Shown here: in pieces, positions 12,966-25,790 of the stretch
Layout of the letters: each line of letters begins with the position of its first letter
Numbering within the stretch: the first letter of the stretch is position 1
Assembly: GCF_018977255.1 (NCBI RefSeq)
Contig: NW_024704743.1
Location: forward strand, 8,310,001-8,374,000
Reading direction: 5' to 3'
DNA length: 64,000 bases
DNA from: Callorhinchus milii
Taxonomy: Eukaryota
The notes under the pieces: generated by a model
Database searches by the model: none
What the model was told of the DNA's origin: nothing
What the model saw: only the letters and a program-made list of their open reading frames with translations
Made by a program: the position numbers and the translations under genes

Positions 12966-15334
12966 TGTATATAGCGCCTTTCACATCAGGAGGACATCCC
13001 AAGGCACTTGACGTTAGGGTAAAAATAATCAATCGTAAAGCATTAACTCAAACAGCTAATCACATCATTTATTGTTTTATGGGACGTCCTCTTGACGTGA
13101 AAGGCGCTTTATAAATGGAATCTTGTTGTTGTTGTTGTTGTATCCATTTGAAATCCATTCCTCTACAAATGTTTCAAACCCTTGGACTTTTAAAAGAAAG
13201 CTTCAAACAAATGACAGCTGCTGCAAACAAAACAAAATATTTTACACAATTTCACGACATCTATTCAGTCCCTATGAGGCAATGTTGATGTTTGGAAGTC
13301 CATTCCACAGTCCCTTCGCCTCACCCCCTCACTTGCCTCCTTCAAGGCCCATCTCAAGACCTTCCCCTTCGGTCACCACCTTCGGTCACCCTCCCTGCCC
13401 TCCACCCTTCCTGATTGTTCAGCGACTTAGGATATTCTCCCAACGTGAAAGGCACTATATAAATGTAATTTTATGTTGTTGAAATACTATTGTGTGCAGG
13501 ACCTAATTGCACAGTAATTTAGGTAATAGCAGTGCAAGTAATTAAGTTTAGTTTGACAGGGCACTAAATCACTAGCTTGGACCAACATGCAAACCAGCTT
13601 TACTTCTATCTTCTTGCTGAAAATTACAAAATAGAGCTTGAATATACAAATCTGCATTGAATTTCAGATTTTTGTTGCCATATGATAGAGATTAGTGAAC
13701 ACATACTTTACTCAACAAATCACAAATGGTTCGGTTAAAGAAGGCCCTTGTAGAATATCTATCTTATTCTCCTCACATCACAAAGCTAAACTGTGTATTT
13801 TTTTAAAAATAATTCTGGTTCATGGCCTCAACCAGCCTCCTTGGTAACCAGTTGTTAATTATTTTCTAGGTAAAGAAATGCTTCCTGGTATCAGTACTGA
13901 AATTGCCCTTTGCAACCCTAAGCCTGTGTCCTTATTACACTATCGCAGTGCATCAGAAATTATTGTTCTGAGTTTAAGCAGAGGGAAGACTGCCAGCCTG
14001 TTCACAACGGTAAACTGTGCAGTTTTAGCAAGTTAATACTCCCAACAGTACACCAAAACACATTCAGGGGTTCCTCCATTCCCTGGCTCTCATTAACAAC
14101 TTGCGGGGTAGCCTAATGGAGAGTTTAACAGTAATGGAGCTTGATGCCGAGCCAGGGAGAGGGGAGCAAGCACGGTCAAAGAGTGAGCTCTTCAGTTGCA
14201 ATCCGAAGTTGGGCAAGGAGGAGGGATTGAGGCAGAGAGTTCTTTAGAGAACTCTTTAGAGTGTTCGATCTGAAGGCGTAGCGGAGCTGCACCTAATACA
14301 TTCTGGTATTAGTTAAGCAAAGTGGATTCCTCCAGGGAGAGTGCAGGCTTCCATTCCAGACACAGGGACATTTCCACATGTTGGTGGCATACATATGTGG
14401 AAGTCTACAGCTAATTAAGATTCTCTGAAGCATGGGAAGAATGGGTGTCTGTGTGTCAGCCACTCAGCAAAATACAATCAATCTGCACCCCCTCTCTCTT
14501 CCTCCGACCCCCAACCAAAATGGAAGGAGAATCACTAGCCTCAACTGGAAAATAATCCCTGAAGCCACAAGCCCATGCATACCTGCATACACCATTACTA
14601 TAGCTCGACGGCTTGCCATATGACTAGTGTATTCTCACTTTTTGGATAAAACACTGTAACTTTAAGAACTATTTTAATGACTAAATCAAATGGGATTTGT
14701 AAAATTAGTCTATGAATAGGATTGAACTTTAAATGAATTTGAGATATCCACAGAATTTCAACACGGGTTTAAAAAATTAAATTAATGAGCACAAAGTTCT
14801 GCTTGAAACTCAACTGATGAGTTGAGAGTAAATCATTTGCATTTGTGGAAAGCTAGCTCATTGACAATAATAGAGAACTGTAAATGCTGAAATTCTGCAG
14901 GACAACTACATTATAAGTCGCTTCACTAGAATGCGAGTTCGCTTAAAATATGATTGTCCTGAAAACCCGCATGCATGCAGGAAGCAGAGTCAGCCACAAC
15001 TGCTTCTCGCTCTAGAAACTCTCACGAGAACAACTGTAGCCGACTGCAGGCTTTGTGTGTACGAAGAGCAGACACCAGAATCCAGCATTGGAAACCAGAA
15101 GTGATGTCAGAGCAACCAGACAACCCAGAAGCAGGACCAGTGACCATTTCTCTCTTGCTACTCCTGTTATAACGCAGGGTCTAACTTCATATATCCAAAT
15201 GGATGGTTTTGGAATTGTTTCTCAAATGAGTAACAATTTAAGAAAATCTGACCTACTGTTTTTATCATTAATAATAATAATCATCATCCTTGCATTTGAT
15301 ATAGTGTCTTACAATTGCAATTAAATTAATTTAA

Positions 15335-15750
15335 TCCCTTGGCCTCGCTACCTCCCTTGCTTCCTTCAAGGCCCGTCTCAAGACCGTTCTCTTCGACCGT
15401 GCCTTCGATCACCCTCCTACCCCTCCCGTCCTTGCCCTCCACCCCCCGGGCTCCTCCCCCCGGCTCCTCCCCCCCCGGGCTCCTCCCCCCCCCCGGGCTC
15501 CTCCCCCCCGGGCTCCTCCCCCCCCCGGGCCCCCCCCCCCCCCCCCCGGGCTCCCCCCCCCGGGCTCCTCCCCCCCCGGCTCCTCCCCCCCGGGCTCCTC
15601 CCCCCCCGGGCTCCTCCCCCCNNNNNNNNNNNNNNNNNNNNNNNNNTCCTGATCCCAACCACCAGCTCTGGTCCAAAATCTCTGAATGCCCAGGACCTTA
15701 GAACATCCTTTCAATGTGAAAAGCACTATACAAAAGTAATTTGTTGTTGT
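15335..15750 (+). mobile_element. L2 3' end containing an expanded C-rich array and an N gap
   Basis: ccttcaaggcccgtctcaagacc before the array; degenerate L2 tail after the gap. Confidence 0.75.
15444..15621. repeat. (GGGCTCCTCCn) tandem array adjoining an assembly gap
   Basis: Read directly from the sequence. Confidence 0.9.
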
Positions 15751-16857
15751 CTTATCACATAGCTGAGACGACTCAAAGTGCTTCACAGGATATACTGTAA
15801 AGTAGATTGACTGTATTTTGTGGGCAAAATTGAGAACTATTGAAATCAATTCTGATGTTTTATTTACACAAAACTAAATATCTCAAGAACATAACAGAGT
15901 TATCAGCATGAAATGTTTCACAATGCCTCATAGATAATTACTGTCAACTGTGTTGTATGTTTTAGTAGGCAAACGCAACTGCCATTTGCACCATCAAGGT
16001 CCCACATACAATCACAAATGTTGACCAGAACACATCCTTCTCTTTTTGAATAATGTCATGTGATCTTCAACGCTCACTTAAGAACAGACGATGTGCTTAA
16101 GTCTCATGTGCTCAACATGGGGCTTGAACCCACAACAACAATGAAAATAGTGCCTTTCAGTTCAGGTGGACATCTCAAAGCGCTTCACGCAGCAAGCTGA
16201 CTGGGACACATTCTTCTACCAGAGGCAAGAGTGCTACCAGCTGAGCCAAGCAGTCAAATCACTTTCAAGCCAAATTGCATTCCAATGCATTCTATAAAAG
16301 CTGAAACTGTACTGTACCAATGTTGTGCACCAATGTAAAGTAGCTACAGATACACCAGAGTTTCAGAAAACACTGACTGGTTCCCCTATCTGACCATTGA
16401 CACATCTATTGTCACTTGCTAAATTTATCAGCTTCTCTCTACTATACCAAACCCTGTATCAAGCCCTACTAATCTTCCATGTATAAAAGTTATCAAAACA
16501 ACTTCACTTCCTATTTTAGCATACAGACTTAACTCAAATTCAAGAAATCATTTGATACTACTCCAAGTTGTAGGGAGAAAGATGTACTATACCAGAGGTT
16601 ATCATGGTTACAGAGACTTCAGAAGGCAGAATAATGTCATTTGACTGTTTACCCACATAAATCCAGTTACAGAAATACTTTAACGTTGTGTCAATGAAAG
16701 GGATAGGGAAGAGAATAGAGCTAAGCATTGTAGCACATACTTCAAGTATTACCTGAAATTGAATACAAATGTCCAATCCTCAATGGTCACATAATAATGC
16801 ACTACACTAAAGAATGCAAAAATCACAACCATCTGAACAATGAGCACTCACTCGTAC

Positions 16858-17556
16858 CTGCAACTGCTCAGTAGAACTGCTGCTAAATTCATCTCCAGAT
16901 TCAGAGTCTTGATGTTGTCTTCCTGAACTCTCAGAAGTCCATTCGTATGAGGGATCATAAAGTGAGTTTTCACCATCCATGGAATCAGAGCTCTGCGAGC
17001 GGCCTGCTCCCAAGTTCCAAGTTTGGTTTGGAACTCTTGGATACTGGGATTCACTCTCTCCAGGTCCATAGCTCTGGGTACTAGTTTTGGCACTATCTTG
17101 GACTGCAGTCTGTAAATGGAGAAGCCCTTGGTCTCGGTGATGTATCTGACTTGTATCTAAGTCTGTGGGCTGGGACTGCAATGGCCCTGTAGATGATTTA
17201 AAAGAGTTGGAATAATCTAGTGGTTTGTACGGGCTCTCAGTGGAATCCTGCAGTGGCTTGGTATCTACATTTAAAGCAGCAGATTTCATACAACTAGGTC
17301 CATGTTTCACTGGTGGCATCAAAGCCTTCCGAGGTAGCTCTTTAACATACTGTGCTGGAAGATAAAAAAGTTTTGAGGTTTCTTCCTTTTTGACCTGCCA
17401 CCAATCGTTGTTTGTCTTCTTTACCAAAATATATTTTTCGCCTTGCTTTATTGAAATCTTTCGATCCTTTGCTTCGTATTCATAATCGTACTCCACTTCA
17501 ATCCACATCTGTCCCGGTATGATTGGTAGGTTTGGTTTGCCATCTTTCTCAGCCAT
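16858..17556 (-). CDS. ARHGAP12: ARHGAP12 first coding exon: N-terminal SH3 domain plus Ser-rich linker
   Basis: ORF 16807..17556 contains IEVEYDYEYEAKDRKISIKQGEKYILVKKTNNDWWQVK (SH3) and QDSESGDEFSSSSTEQ; strong Kozak context AACATGG; donor at 16857 (alternative 16851); synteny with KIF5B. Confidence 0.95.
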
Positions 17557-17632
17557 GTTGAAAGCAACTCTTAACGTTCACTCTTTGAACGTCACAGTAA
17601 TCCACATGATTCGTTTCCAAGGAACAGAATGA
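17557..17632 (-). other. ARHGAP12: 5'UTR part of the ARHGAP12 first coding exon
   Basis: Acceptor tgtcttttcttcctcattttcag starting at 17633. Confidence 0.75.
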
Positions 17633-18182
17633 CTGAAAATGAGGAAGAAAAGACATACTAGTAAATACTGCCTCCTTACCCTGAAACTAAATGAGATTTT
17701 TGATGCGGCATTTTCATATCTCTGCTGTAAACTGAATCAATACTAAAATATTATTTTGTTCAATATATTTCCAATTATTTAAAATCAATGAAAGTACAAC
17801 AATAAAATACTAAGATTATTTTGCAATCTGAAAACTACCATCTAACTTTGGATCATTAAATCGGAGCTTGACTATAGAAGGATCTTTACAGAATTAAATC
17901 AATAAATGTTATAAAAGATGTCACCACAAGGAGCCAACTCATTGGTTGCTTTATACATCACACACAGCTCAACAACATTATTAAAATTACCAGAACAGAC
18001 AGAACACACAGCAGGATTAGAACAATAAAGACAACTAATTGATCAAGACACCACGAGAGAAAGCCAGATAAGAATTAGTACTCATTACAAGTCAAATCCA
18101 TGAGCTGTTAAAAAACATGATCTAATAAACAAAAAATAGCAGTGTGAAGACATGATAGAAACATGAAAAAAGTGCAATTCAA

Positions 18183-18550
18183 CCGGGCTCCTCCCCCCCC
18201 GGGCTCCTCCCCCCCCCGGGCTCCTCCCCCCCCCCCCCCCCCCCGGGCTCCTCCCCCCCCCCCTCCCCCCCCCCGGGCTCCTCCCCCCCCGGGCTCCTCC
18301 CCCCCGGGCTCCTCCCCCCCCCGGGCTCCTCCCCCCCCCCCGGGCTCCTCCCCCCCCCGGCTCCTCCCCCCCCCGGGCTCCTCCCCCCCCCGGCTCCTCC
18401 CCCCCCGGCTCCTCCCCCCCCGGGCTCCTCCCCCCCCCCCGGGCTCCTCCCCCCCGCCACGGCTCCTCCCCCCCCCCCCCCCCGGCTCCTCCCCCCCCCC
18501 CCCCCCGGCTCCTCCCCCCCCCCCTGTCTGGGCTCCTCCCCCCCCCCACC
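18183..18550. repeat. (GGGCTCCTCCn) tandem array, followed by a pyrimidine-rich tract with a ~44-bp direct repeat (18747-18834)
   Basis: Read directly from the sequence. Confidence 0.9.
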
Positions 18551-20033
18551 TGGGCTGCAGCTAATCCCAATGTGTGCACTCACACCCCCGCCTGCTGCTG
18601 CCTCCTCCGCTCCCCTTCTCCCCCCCGTCCCTCACTCCTCCTCTCCCCTCTTCCCCACCTCTCTGACACTCTCTCTCCCGCTTCCTCCCAGTTTCCTCAC
18701 TCCTCCCCTCTTCAACCACTTCTCCACCTCTTCTCCCTCTTCCCTCCCCTCTTTCCTCACTTTTTTCCTCCTCGCCCTCCCTCACCCCTCCCCTCTTTCC
18801 TCACTTTTTTCCTCCTCGCCCTCCCTCACCCCCTCTTCTCCTTCTGCCCTCACCCCTCCACCTTCTTCCCCCACTGTATAGCCGCACTTTAGTGACCCCT
18901 GGGCCACAAATTGGCCATGGCTGGTGCAGGCGGAGAGGTTTTGGGGGAGAAGAGCGTTGCTTTGTAAACATGAAACCCGTGTACAGGTGGACATTACACA
19001 TCCTGTTCGAAAAGAGAAGGGAGTTTATCCTATATCCTTGTCAACACTCATCTAAATAAAATTGGCCATTTAATCTTCTGGCTGTGAATCCAGTAACCAT
19101 TTGCTTCACAATGGGAATATCTACAAAATTGGTCAGAAAAATTGGTCATTCACTGCATGGCTGTTTGTAGGTTATTGCCACTGTACTCCTGCTCCTCTAC
19201 TCCCCCACCCCCAACACCACCCCACTTTCACTCGGCTGCCACACGTCTGCTGCATGTCCTTCGTCCCCTCCACTCCACAAGTGGCAGCCGTGTTTTCAGC
19301 CGCTGTGCCCCAGATCTCTGAAACTCCTCCATCCTTCTGCCTTGTCTGCTCTCTGCCTATCTGCAAATCGCACCTCATTCAGGCTACGTAGCTGTTCAGT
19401 GCTCCGAGATGCTATACCCACGTGAAGGATGCTATGTAAATGCAAATTGTTGTATTGCTGTATGCAGATTGGTTACTTGTCCATCTTGAAATACACAGTC
19501 ACTACACTTTACAGAAATCCTGTCAAGCGTTTTGAAATATTTTGACAATGTGATAAGGTGTTATGCAAGGATTATTGCTGTTACAAATTTTAGTTATTGG
19601 AGTGAGGTCAATGAAGAGACTAAGGTGCCAATATAAATCCTCTGAATGACCTTCCAGTAATTTATCAGCATCACCTCATGAAGCACACACTGTTCCTTAC
19701 ACATATATAGCTGCAATAAATGTGTACAATATTATCCCATTTTTGGTCATTTCTTTTTCTCAACAGAACAACAAGTTCTCAAGATCCACATCAGGTGTTC
19801 GTTATTTTTCTTCAATGTCACATGAGAAATACTTGAAAATTAAACAAATTGGATTCTGTACAATGCAGAGCTCTGATTTATCAGATTGTAGTCATGACCA
19901 TGCAGAACCTGCAAGTATTCTCTCTGCAGAATAATTTTAACGTTTAGATTTACTTCAGTTATTATTCTTTGCTGATAATATGTCCCATTGAGGTTTCGAA
20001 ACATAGACAACTATTGTGGAACAAAATGAATAG

Positions 20034-20220
20034 AATAATAATAATCCTTGCTTTTGATATAGCATCTTATCACATCTCCGAGATGTCTCAAAGCGCTTCA
20101 CAGAATATACTACAAAGTGAATTGATTGTATATTTTGTGGGCGAAATGGGGCAGCCATTTGCACACAGCAGTGTCCCACAAACAGTCGTGGATTGAAGTG
20201 ACCAATTTATTATTATTTTT
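20034..20220 (-). mobile_element. tRNA-derived SINE, 3' half (another diverged copy at ~20520-20700)
   Basis: Family core aagtgaattga...gtgggcgaaa...cagtgtcccacaaacagtc. Confidence 0.85.
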
Positions 20221-21006
20221 AATAGAATAGAATGATGTACAACATAACATGGATGATGTGAAATTTGAGTTCGTTAAAATAAAAGCAGCATCAACAGTTT
20301 TATTTATTACATTCTAAAAAAAGATACCCCTGAAAGCATTATAATGCATTATGGCACCCTAACTAAATTTTTGCCTTCCAAACCTGCTTTAAAACTTATC
20401 TTTTCGACCATGCTTTCGGGCAGCTTTCCCCTCCCTCTTTTCAGTCAGCCATGCAAAGTGCTTTGAGATGTCTTCCTGATGTGAAAGGTACTACATAAAT
20501 AGTATTGATGGTCCTAACAATGATAATCTTTGCAATTGATACAGTGCCTTATCACGCCATTGAGACATCTCAAAGTGCTTCACAGAATATACTGTAAAAT
20601 GAATTGACTGTATATTTTGTGGGCAAAATGAGGCAGCCAATTGTACACAGCAGTATCCCACAAACGGTCATGGATTGAGCGACCAAATCATTATTTTATT
20701 TATTTATTGTTATTGTTATGCAGTGAAAATATTTTCATAAAAACATGATAATGTTTTATGAAAAAGATTCATGTAACGAAAAATGACATAATTTACAGAA
20801 TCCAGGAGGGATAATATATTTGAAACATCATTACAACTTGCATTTGTATATCGTGGTTCACGCAGAGAGCCCAGCACAGTGGCAAAGAGCCCAACAATAT
20901 GAGGAGGGAACTGAGTGAAAATTCTGTTAAGGAATTTGGTGAGAGTGGGAATTCGGTGCAGAGGGGGAAAGAGGTGCATAATTATAAAATATATGCTGGC
21001 TGGAGA

Positions 21007-21310
21007 ATAATAATAATCCTTGCATTTGATATAGCGCTTTTCATGTCTTCTAGACGTCTCAAAGCGCTTCACAGAATATGCTGAAAAGTGGATTGACTGT
21101 ATATTTGTGGGCGAAACGCGGCAGCCAATTGCGCACAGTAGTGTCCCACAAACAGTCATGGATTGAAAATGACAAATTTATCATTGTTTTGTTTTTTGGA
21201 GGGATTATTATTAGGCTCTGTGTGGAGTAAGGAAACTTGCCCAAGGTTTCGCCCTGCCGGGAATTGAACTTGTGTCTCTCGCTTGTAAGGCAAGTGCTCT
21301 TCCCACTGAG
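21007..21310 (-). mobile_element. Near full-length tRNA-derived SINE, internally deleted subfamily
   Basis: Head, body and (ATT)n tail are all present. Confidence 0.9.
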
Positions 21311-22342
21311 GAGAAATGATGCAGAAAGGAGAGCTTCAGTTTCCTGGATCATTGGGACCAGTTCTGGGGCAGGTGGAACCTGTACAAGGTGGATGGGTTA
21401 CACCTGAATAGGGCTGGGACCAATGTCCTCACAGAGAGGTTAACTAGTGCTGTGGGGAAGGGTTTCAACTAATTTCAAGAGGGGAAAGGAATCAGGATGT
21501 AGCATCAGAGAGGAGAATCATGTTACATAGCAGGCTGGGAGAGATGAATGACAATGTAATAAGGAGTAGTCCATAAAAAGGAGCAATTAGACAGGGAAAA
21601 GATGCAGAGCAAACTCAGTCGGTCTTGGAGTGGTTGTGTGTAAATGCAAGAAGTGTGACAAATAAGATTGGTTATCTGCGGCTCAAATTGCCACATGGGG
21701 TTATGATGTAGTGGCAATAACGGAGACTTGGCTCAAACAAGGGCAGGAATGGGAGCTGAATATTCCTGGCTACAATGTATTCAGGAGGGATAGGGAAGGA
21801 AAAAAAGGAAGGGGGTGGCAATATTGATTAAAGACATGGTTATGGCACTGGAAAGGAACTATGTGCTAGAAGGTCCAAAAACAGAATCTATTTGGTGAGC
21901 TGCAGGCTCAAGCCACAAGTAGTGGCAATAACGGAGACCTGACTCAAACAAGAGAGAGTTAGGGAAGGAAGAAAAGGAGGTGTTTGGCAATAATAATAAT
22001 AATATTGATTAAAGACACGGTTACTGGAAAGGGCCGATGTGCTAGAGGGTCCAAAAACAGAATCTGTTTGGTTAGAGTTAAGGAGCAGAAAAGAAGCTGT
22101 TACTCTGTTAGGTGTATACTATAGATCACCAAGTAGTGGGAAGGTGATAGACGAGCAATTCTGCAAGCAGATTTCAGAAAGAAGCAAAACCAATAGAGTA
22201 GAGATAATGGGAGACTTCAATTATCCTAACATAGACTGGCAAAATAACAGTGTAAAGAGGAAGGATTCCTGAAATGTGTGTAGGAAAATTTTCTGTATCA
22301 GTATGTTTCTAGCCCAATGAGGAAGGAAGCAGCGTTGGATCT
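21311..22342 (+). mobile_element. CR1 LINE fragment: end of ORF1 esterase and start of ORF2 APE endonuclease, with an internal duplication
   Basis: DGLHLNRAG; YDVVAITETWL; GVYYRSP; IMGDFNYPNIDW; ~21706-21897 is repeated at ~21917-22070. Confidence 0.85.
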
Positions 22343-22344
22343 AA

Positions 22345-23430
22345 TAATTTCTACATTTTTAGTTCAATCATCACATATAAGGTATGATTTTATGTAAAAT
22401 ACAAGAGGTTACATAGACATCACATCACCGGCAAAACATCTTGGTCAGAATCTATGCCTCACGCTATCAGATTTACACACATTTACTGGATGCGATTACA
22501 CATCTGTCTTCATGAGAAAGGGAAAGGTTCATCCACTAGAGCTGGTTGAAAAAAACAGACACCTTTCTGCAAGCTTTTTGAAACCTCCACATTCAGAAAA
22601 TGCTGATCAGCTTACAGAAATGTTAGAGGAGATTATGTGTACTCTGTATGGCAAGCCAAAATTTAGGAAAGTTGAGTAAGTGCGTTATGCTATTTTCAGG
22701 GAAACATATGCTCCAACAAATTAGAATGCTCCAATCAATCTCTAGAGAAGATGAAAGGTGCTGACTAGCCTTCTGCCCCCAACACATTCTTGCAGGCGAG
22801 ACCCCTGGGTTCAATTCCAGGTACGGCAAAACCGAGGGCAAGTTTCCTTACTCCACACGCCTAATAATAATCCCAACAAAAACAACAATAAATTGGTCAT
22901 TTTCAATCCACGACTGTTTGTAGGCCACTGCTGTGTGCAAATGGCTGCCATGTTTCGCCCACAAGTATACAGTCAATTCACTTTACAGCATATTCTGTGA
23001 AGCGCTTTGAGACGTCTAGAAGACGTAAAAAGCGCTATATCAAATGCAAGGATTATTATTACTATTATTATATTCAGTTTGATTGAAAAAAAACAAATGG
23101 TTGCACTATGTTGCCTGTATGTGGAAAAAAACAGACTTACATTCACCTGTTCAGCTTGATCCACACGAATATGGATGGAAACTACTGGATGGCAAATGCA
23201 TGATCAATTGGTTTGAGGATGTCTGTGCTGCAATTGTTGACAAATTATTTCCTGATGAAAGTGATTCTGGTGATGAAAATCACAGAGTTCCTTCTTCTGG
23301 TGAATTAAATTATGAAATGAATGAAGATCCATTACTTTTAGATTTAGTTGTTATATCTAACAAACAAGTGATATTATTTTTGGTGAACACAGTTGACTCT
23401 TTGTTATTGATTATGTTGATAAATTCATAA
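22345..23430 (+). mobile_element. Decayed DNA transposon ORF with XPG-like nuclease motif (Academ-like), interrupted by a SINE
   Basis: YIDIT..AKHLGQNLC...LHTFTGCDYTSVFMRKGKV; CTLYGKP...VRYAIF; LLPP; YVACMWKK...DPHEYGWK...INW. Confidence 0.7.
22791..23071 (+). mobile_element. tRNA-derived SINE nested in the DNA transposon relic
   Basis: Partial head with B-box-like gggttcaattcc, body and tail. Confidence 0.9.
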
Positions 23431-23459
23431 TAAAAGTGCTATATGCTGAATTTTGATTC

Positions 23460-23722
23460 ATTGGCGAGAGAGCCTTCAGCCATTCTGCCCCCAACGTCTG
23501 GAATTCCATCCCCCAATCACTCCGCCTCACCCCCTCCTTAGCCTCCTTCAAGTCCCGCCTCAAGACCCTCCTCTTTGACCATGCCATTGGCCACCGCTCT
23601 TCCCCTCCCCTCTCCCACCCCGACCCCAGCTCGGGTCTGAAATGCTGTACTCTGTCCAGTGCCTTGGGATGTCCTCCCGATGTGAAGGGCGCTGTACAAA
23701 TGTAATCTTCTTGTTGTTGTTT
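23460..23722 (+). mobile_element. L2 3' end
   Basis: Close match to 29140-29405 and 3925-4285. Confidence 0.85.
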
Positions 23723-24247
23723 TCTATGACCTTTGCCTTGTGATGATATCACCATCATATGATTTGTATATGAGTCACCATCATATGAGTTGCTTTATTA
23801 TTAAAGAGCAGAGTATATCTGACCAAATCATAGTGGATTTATGAAGTTTGACCCCAAATTAACAAAGTTATTGATATTTCCTAACCCTACCCAAGGTTTG
23901 TTTTTCATCAAAAAACATAAGAACTGGCAAAATTCCATGTTTGAAATTGCAAAAGAGTACAGGTTGGTACAACTAAGACTGCCTAATTCATATTGCAAGG
24001 GCATAATCTTAAAATTAGATCTAGGCCATTTAGGAGTGAAATCAGGAGGCAGTTTTTTTACACAAAGGGTTGTGGATATCTGGAACACTTTTCAAGACTG
24101 AGGCAAGGAAAAAACTCGTAGGACTGGTTACACCCTACCCAGTTGAGTCACCTCAGTTGAGTTGCATCCAGCGAAGCCAACTTTGAGAAATGAGGAATGT
24201 TCAGTGTGGGTGCAGCAGTAACCTTAAATAAACACTGACATAATCTT

Positions 24248-24618
24248 GTGGAGTCTTGTAGCTCAGTGGCTAGAGCATTTGCCTCGCAAGCAAGAGGACC
24301 GGGTTCGATTCCCGGGCAGGGCAAAACAATAAGCAAGTTTTCTTACTCCACATACTTCTGTTTATCTAACAGTAAGTAGGAACCCAATTGTTAGTCGATT
24401 GGTAGATCGCTTTTCCAGGGGTAATAATCCCTTCAAAATAATATTTTACTTTGGTCACCTCAATCCATGACTGTCATCCACTGCTGTCGCAATTGGCTGT
24501 GGCGTTTCACTCAAGAGAAACAATCAATTCACTTTATTACAGTATATTCCGTGAAGTCCTTTGAGCCATCTCAAAGATGTGTTAAGGTACTACATCAAAT
24601 GCAAGGATTATTATTATA
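24248..24618 (+). mobile_element. Full-length tRNA-derived SINE with Pol III A and B boxes
   Basis: gtagctcagtggctagagca (A box) ... gggttcgattccc (B box), body, ATT tail. Confidence 0.9.
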
Positions 24619-25399
24619 TAATGCAGAATATTTAAAATATTTCTTTCTTTATCATTGAGTTAAAGTGCATCAATGTATTACAGAACACTAGTACAATTAT
24701 ATTCTTCTAAAATAAATATTTTTGATTCATTTAAGTCAAGGTGCCATACCATACATTGAGGACTTTATAGAAGACTTACAATATAATTTCCATAGTATAT
24801 TATGACAGGCAATGAGTCCCTTGTGGATGATGCTGGCATTTAGCACTTGTTAGTGTTTGGAAAACCCAGAAAGTTTTGCTACATGTTCCCAGTTACATTG
24901 ATTTGGCCTTCATTTTATATCTCTGAAGGTTTCTTCTCTTGGGCAGTTTGCCATGTGGCCTAACAGCATAGTTTCCTCAGTTTTAACAATGAAAACTTGT
25001 GTCTGTCTCCACTATCATCAGAAACATTGCCCCAAATTCTCAAATTAAGTCTAAATTTGGAAGCCATTTCATAATAATAATATATAATAATCCTTTCATT
25101 TGACCTTATCATGTCTTTGAGACGTCTCAAAGACTTCTTTTTGAGATCTGCAGCAACCAGCTTCTAAATTATGGCTGAGTTAAAGAATTTTCTACAATTC
25201 TATCTTAAATGTTAACTTTTACAACAAACTGAATTGAATTCATAATAATAATTCTTGCATTTGATATCATGTTGCACAGAATATATTGTAAAGTGGATTG
25301 ACTGTGTACTTTATGGGCAAAACATGGCAGCCAATTGTGCACAGCAGTGTCCCACAAACAATATACATACATTTTTTCAACAGAATCCTAGATGGTTAG

Positions 25400-25790
25400 G
25401 CCTCAGCTAAAGTACTGTGTTCAGTTCTGGGCCCCACACTTTAGGAAGGATGTCAAGGCATTGGAGAGGGTGCAAAGCAGATTTACCGGGATGGTACCAG
25501 GAATGAGGGACTTCAGTTATCAGGAGAGGCGAGAGAAGTGAGGATTATTCCCCTTGGAGCAGAGAAGGTTAAGAGGAGACTTAATAGAAGTTTTCAAAAT
25601 TATGAGGGGATTTGATAGGGTTGAACAAGGACTATTTCTACTAGCGGGTGGGTCAGTAACCTGAGGACACCAATTTAAAATAGTTGTTAAAAGAAACAGA
25701 GAGGAAGTGAGGAGAATTTTTTCGCACAGGGGTTGTTTGTATCTAGAATGCATTGCCTGAATGGGTGGTGGAAGCCGATTCCTTGCGTGG
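25400..25790 (+). mobile_element. CR1 RT C-terminal fragment
   Basis: YCVQFWAPHFRKDVKALERVQ and LEQRRLRGDLIEVFKI remnants. Confidence 0.85.

Noticed and set aside
15326..18994. Long Pro/Gly-rich ORFs over the C-rich arrays
   Set aside because: They arise from stop-free low-complexity repeats open in several frames; no gene structure
24248..24325. tRNA-like sequence
   Set aside because: It is the SINE head, continues into the SINE body, and recurs in many diverged copies
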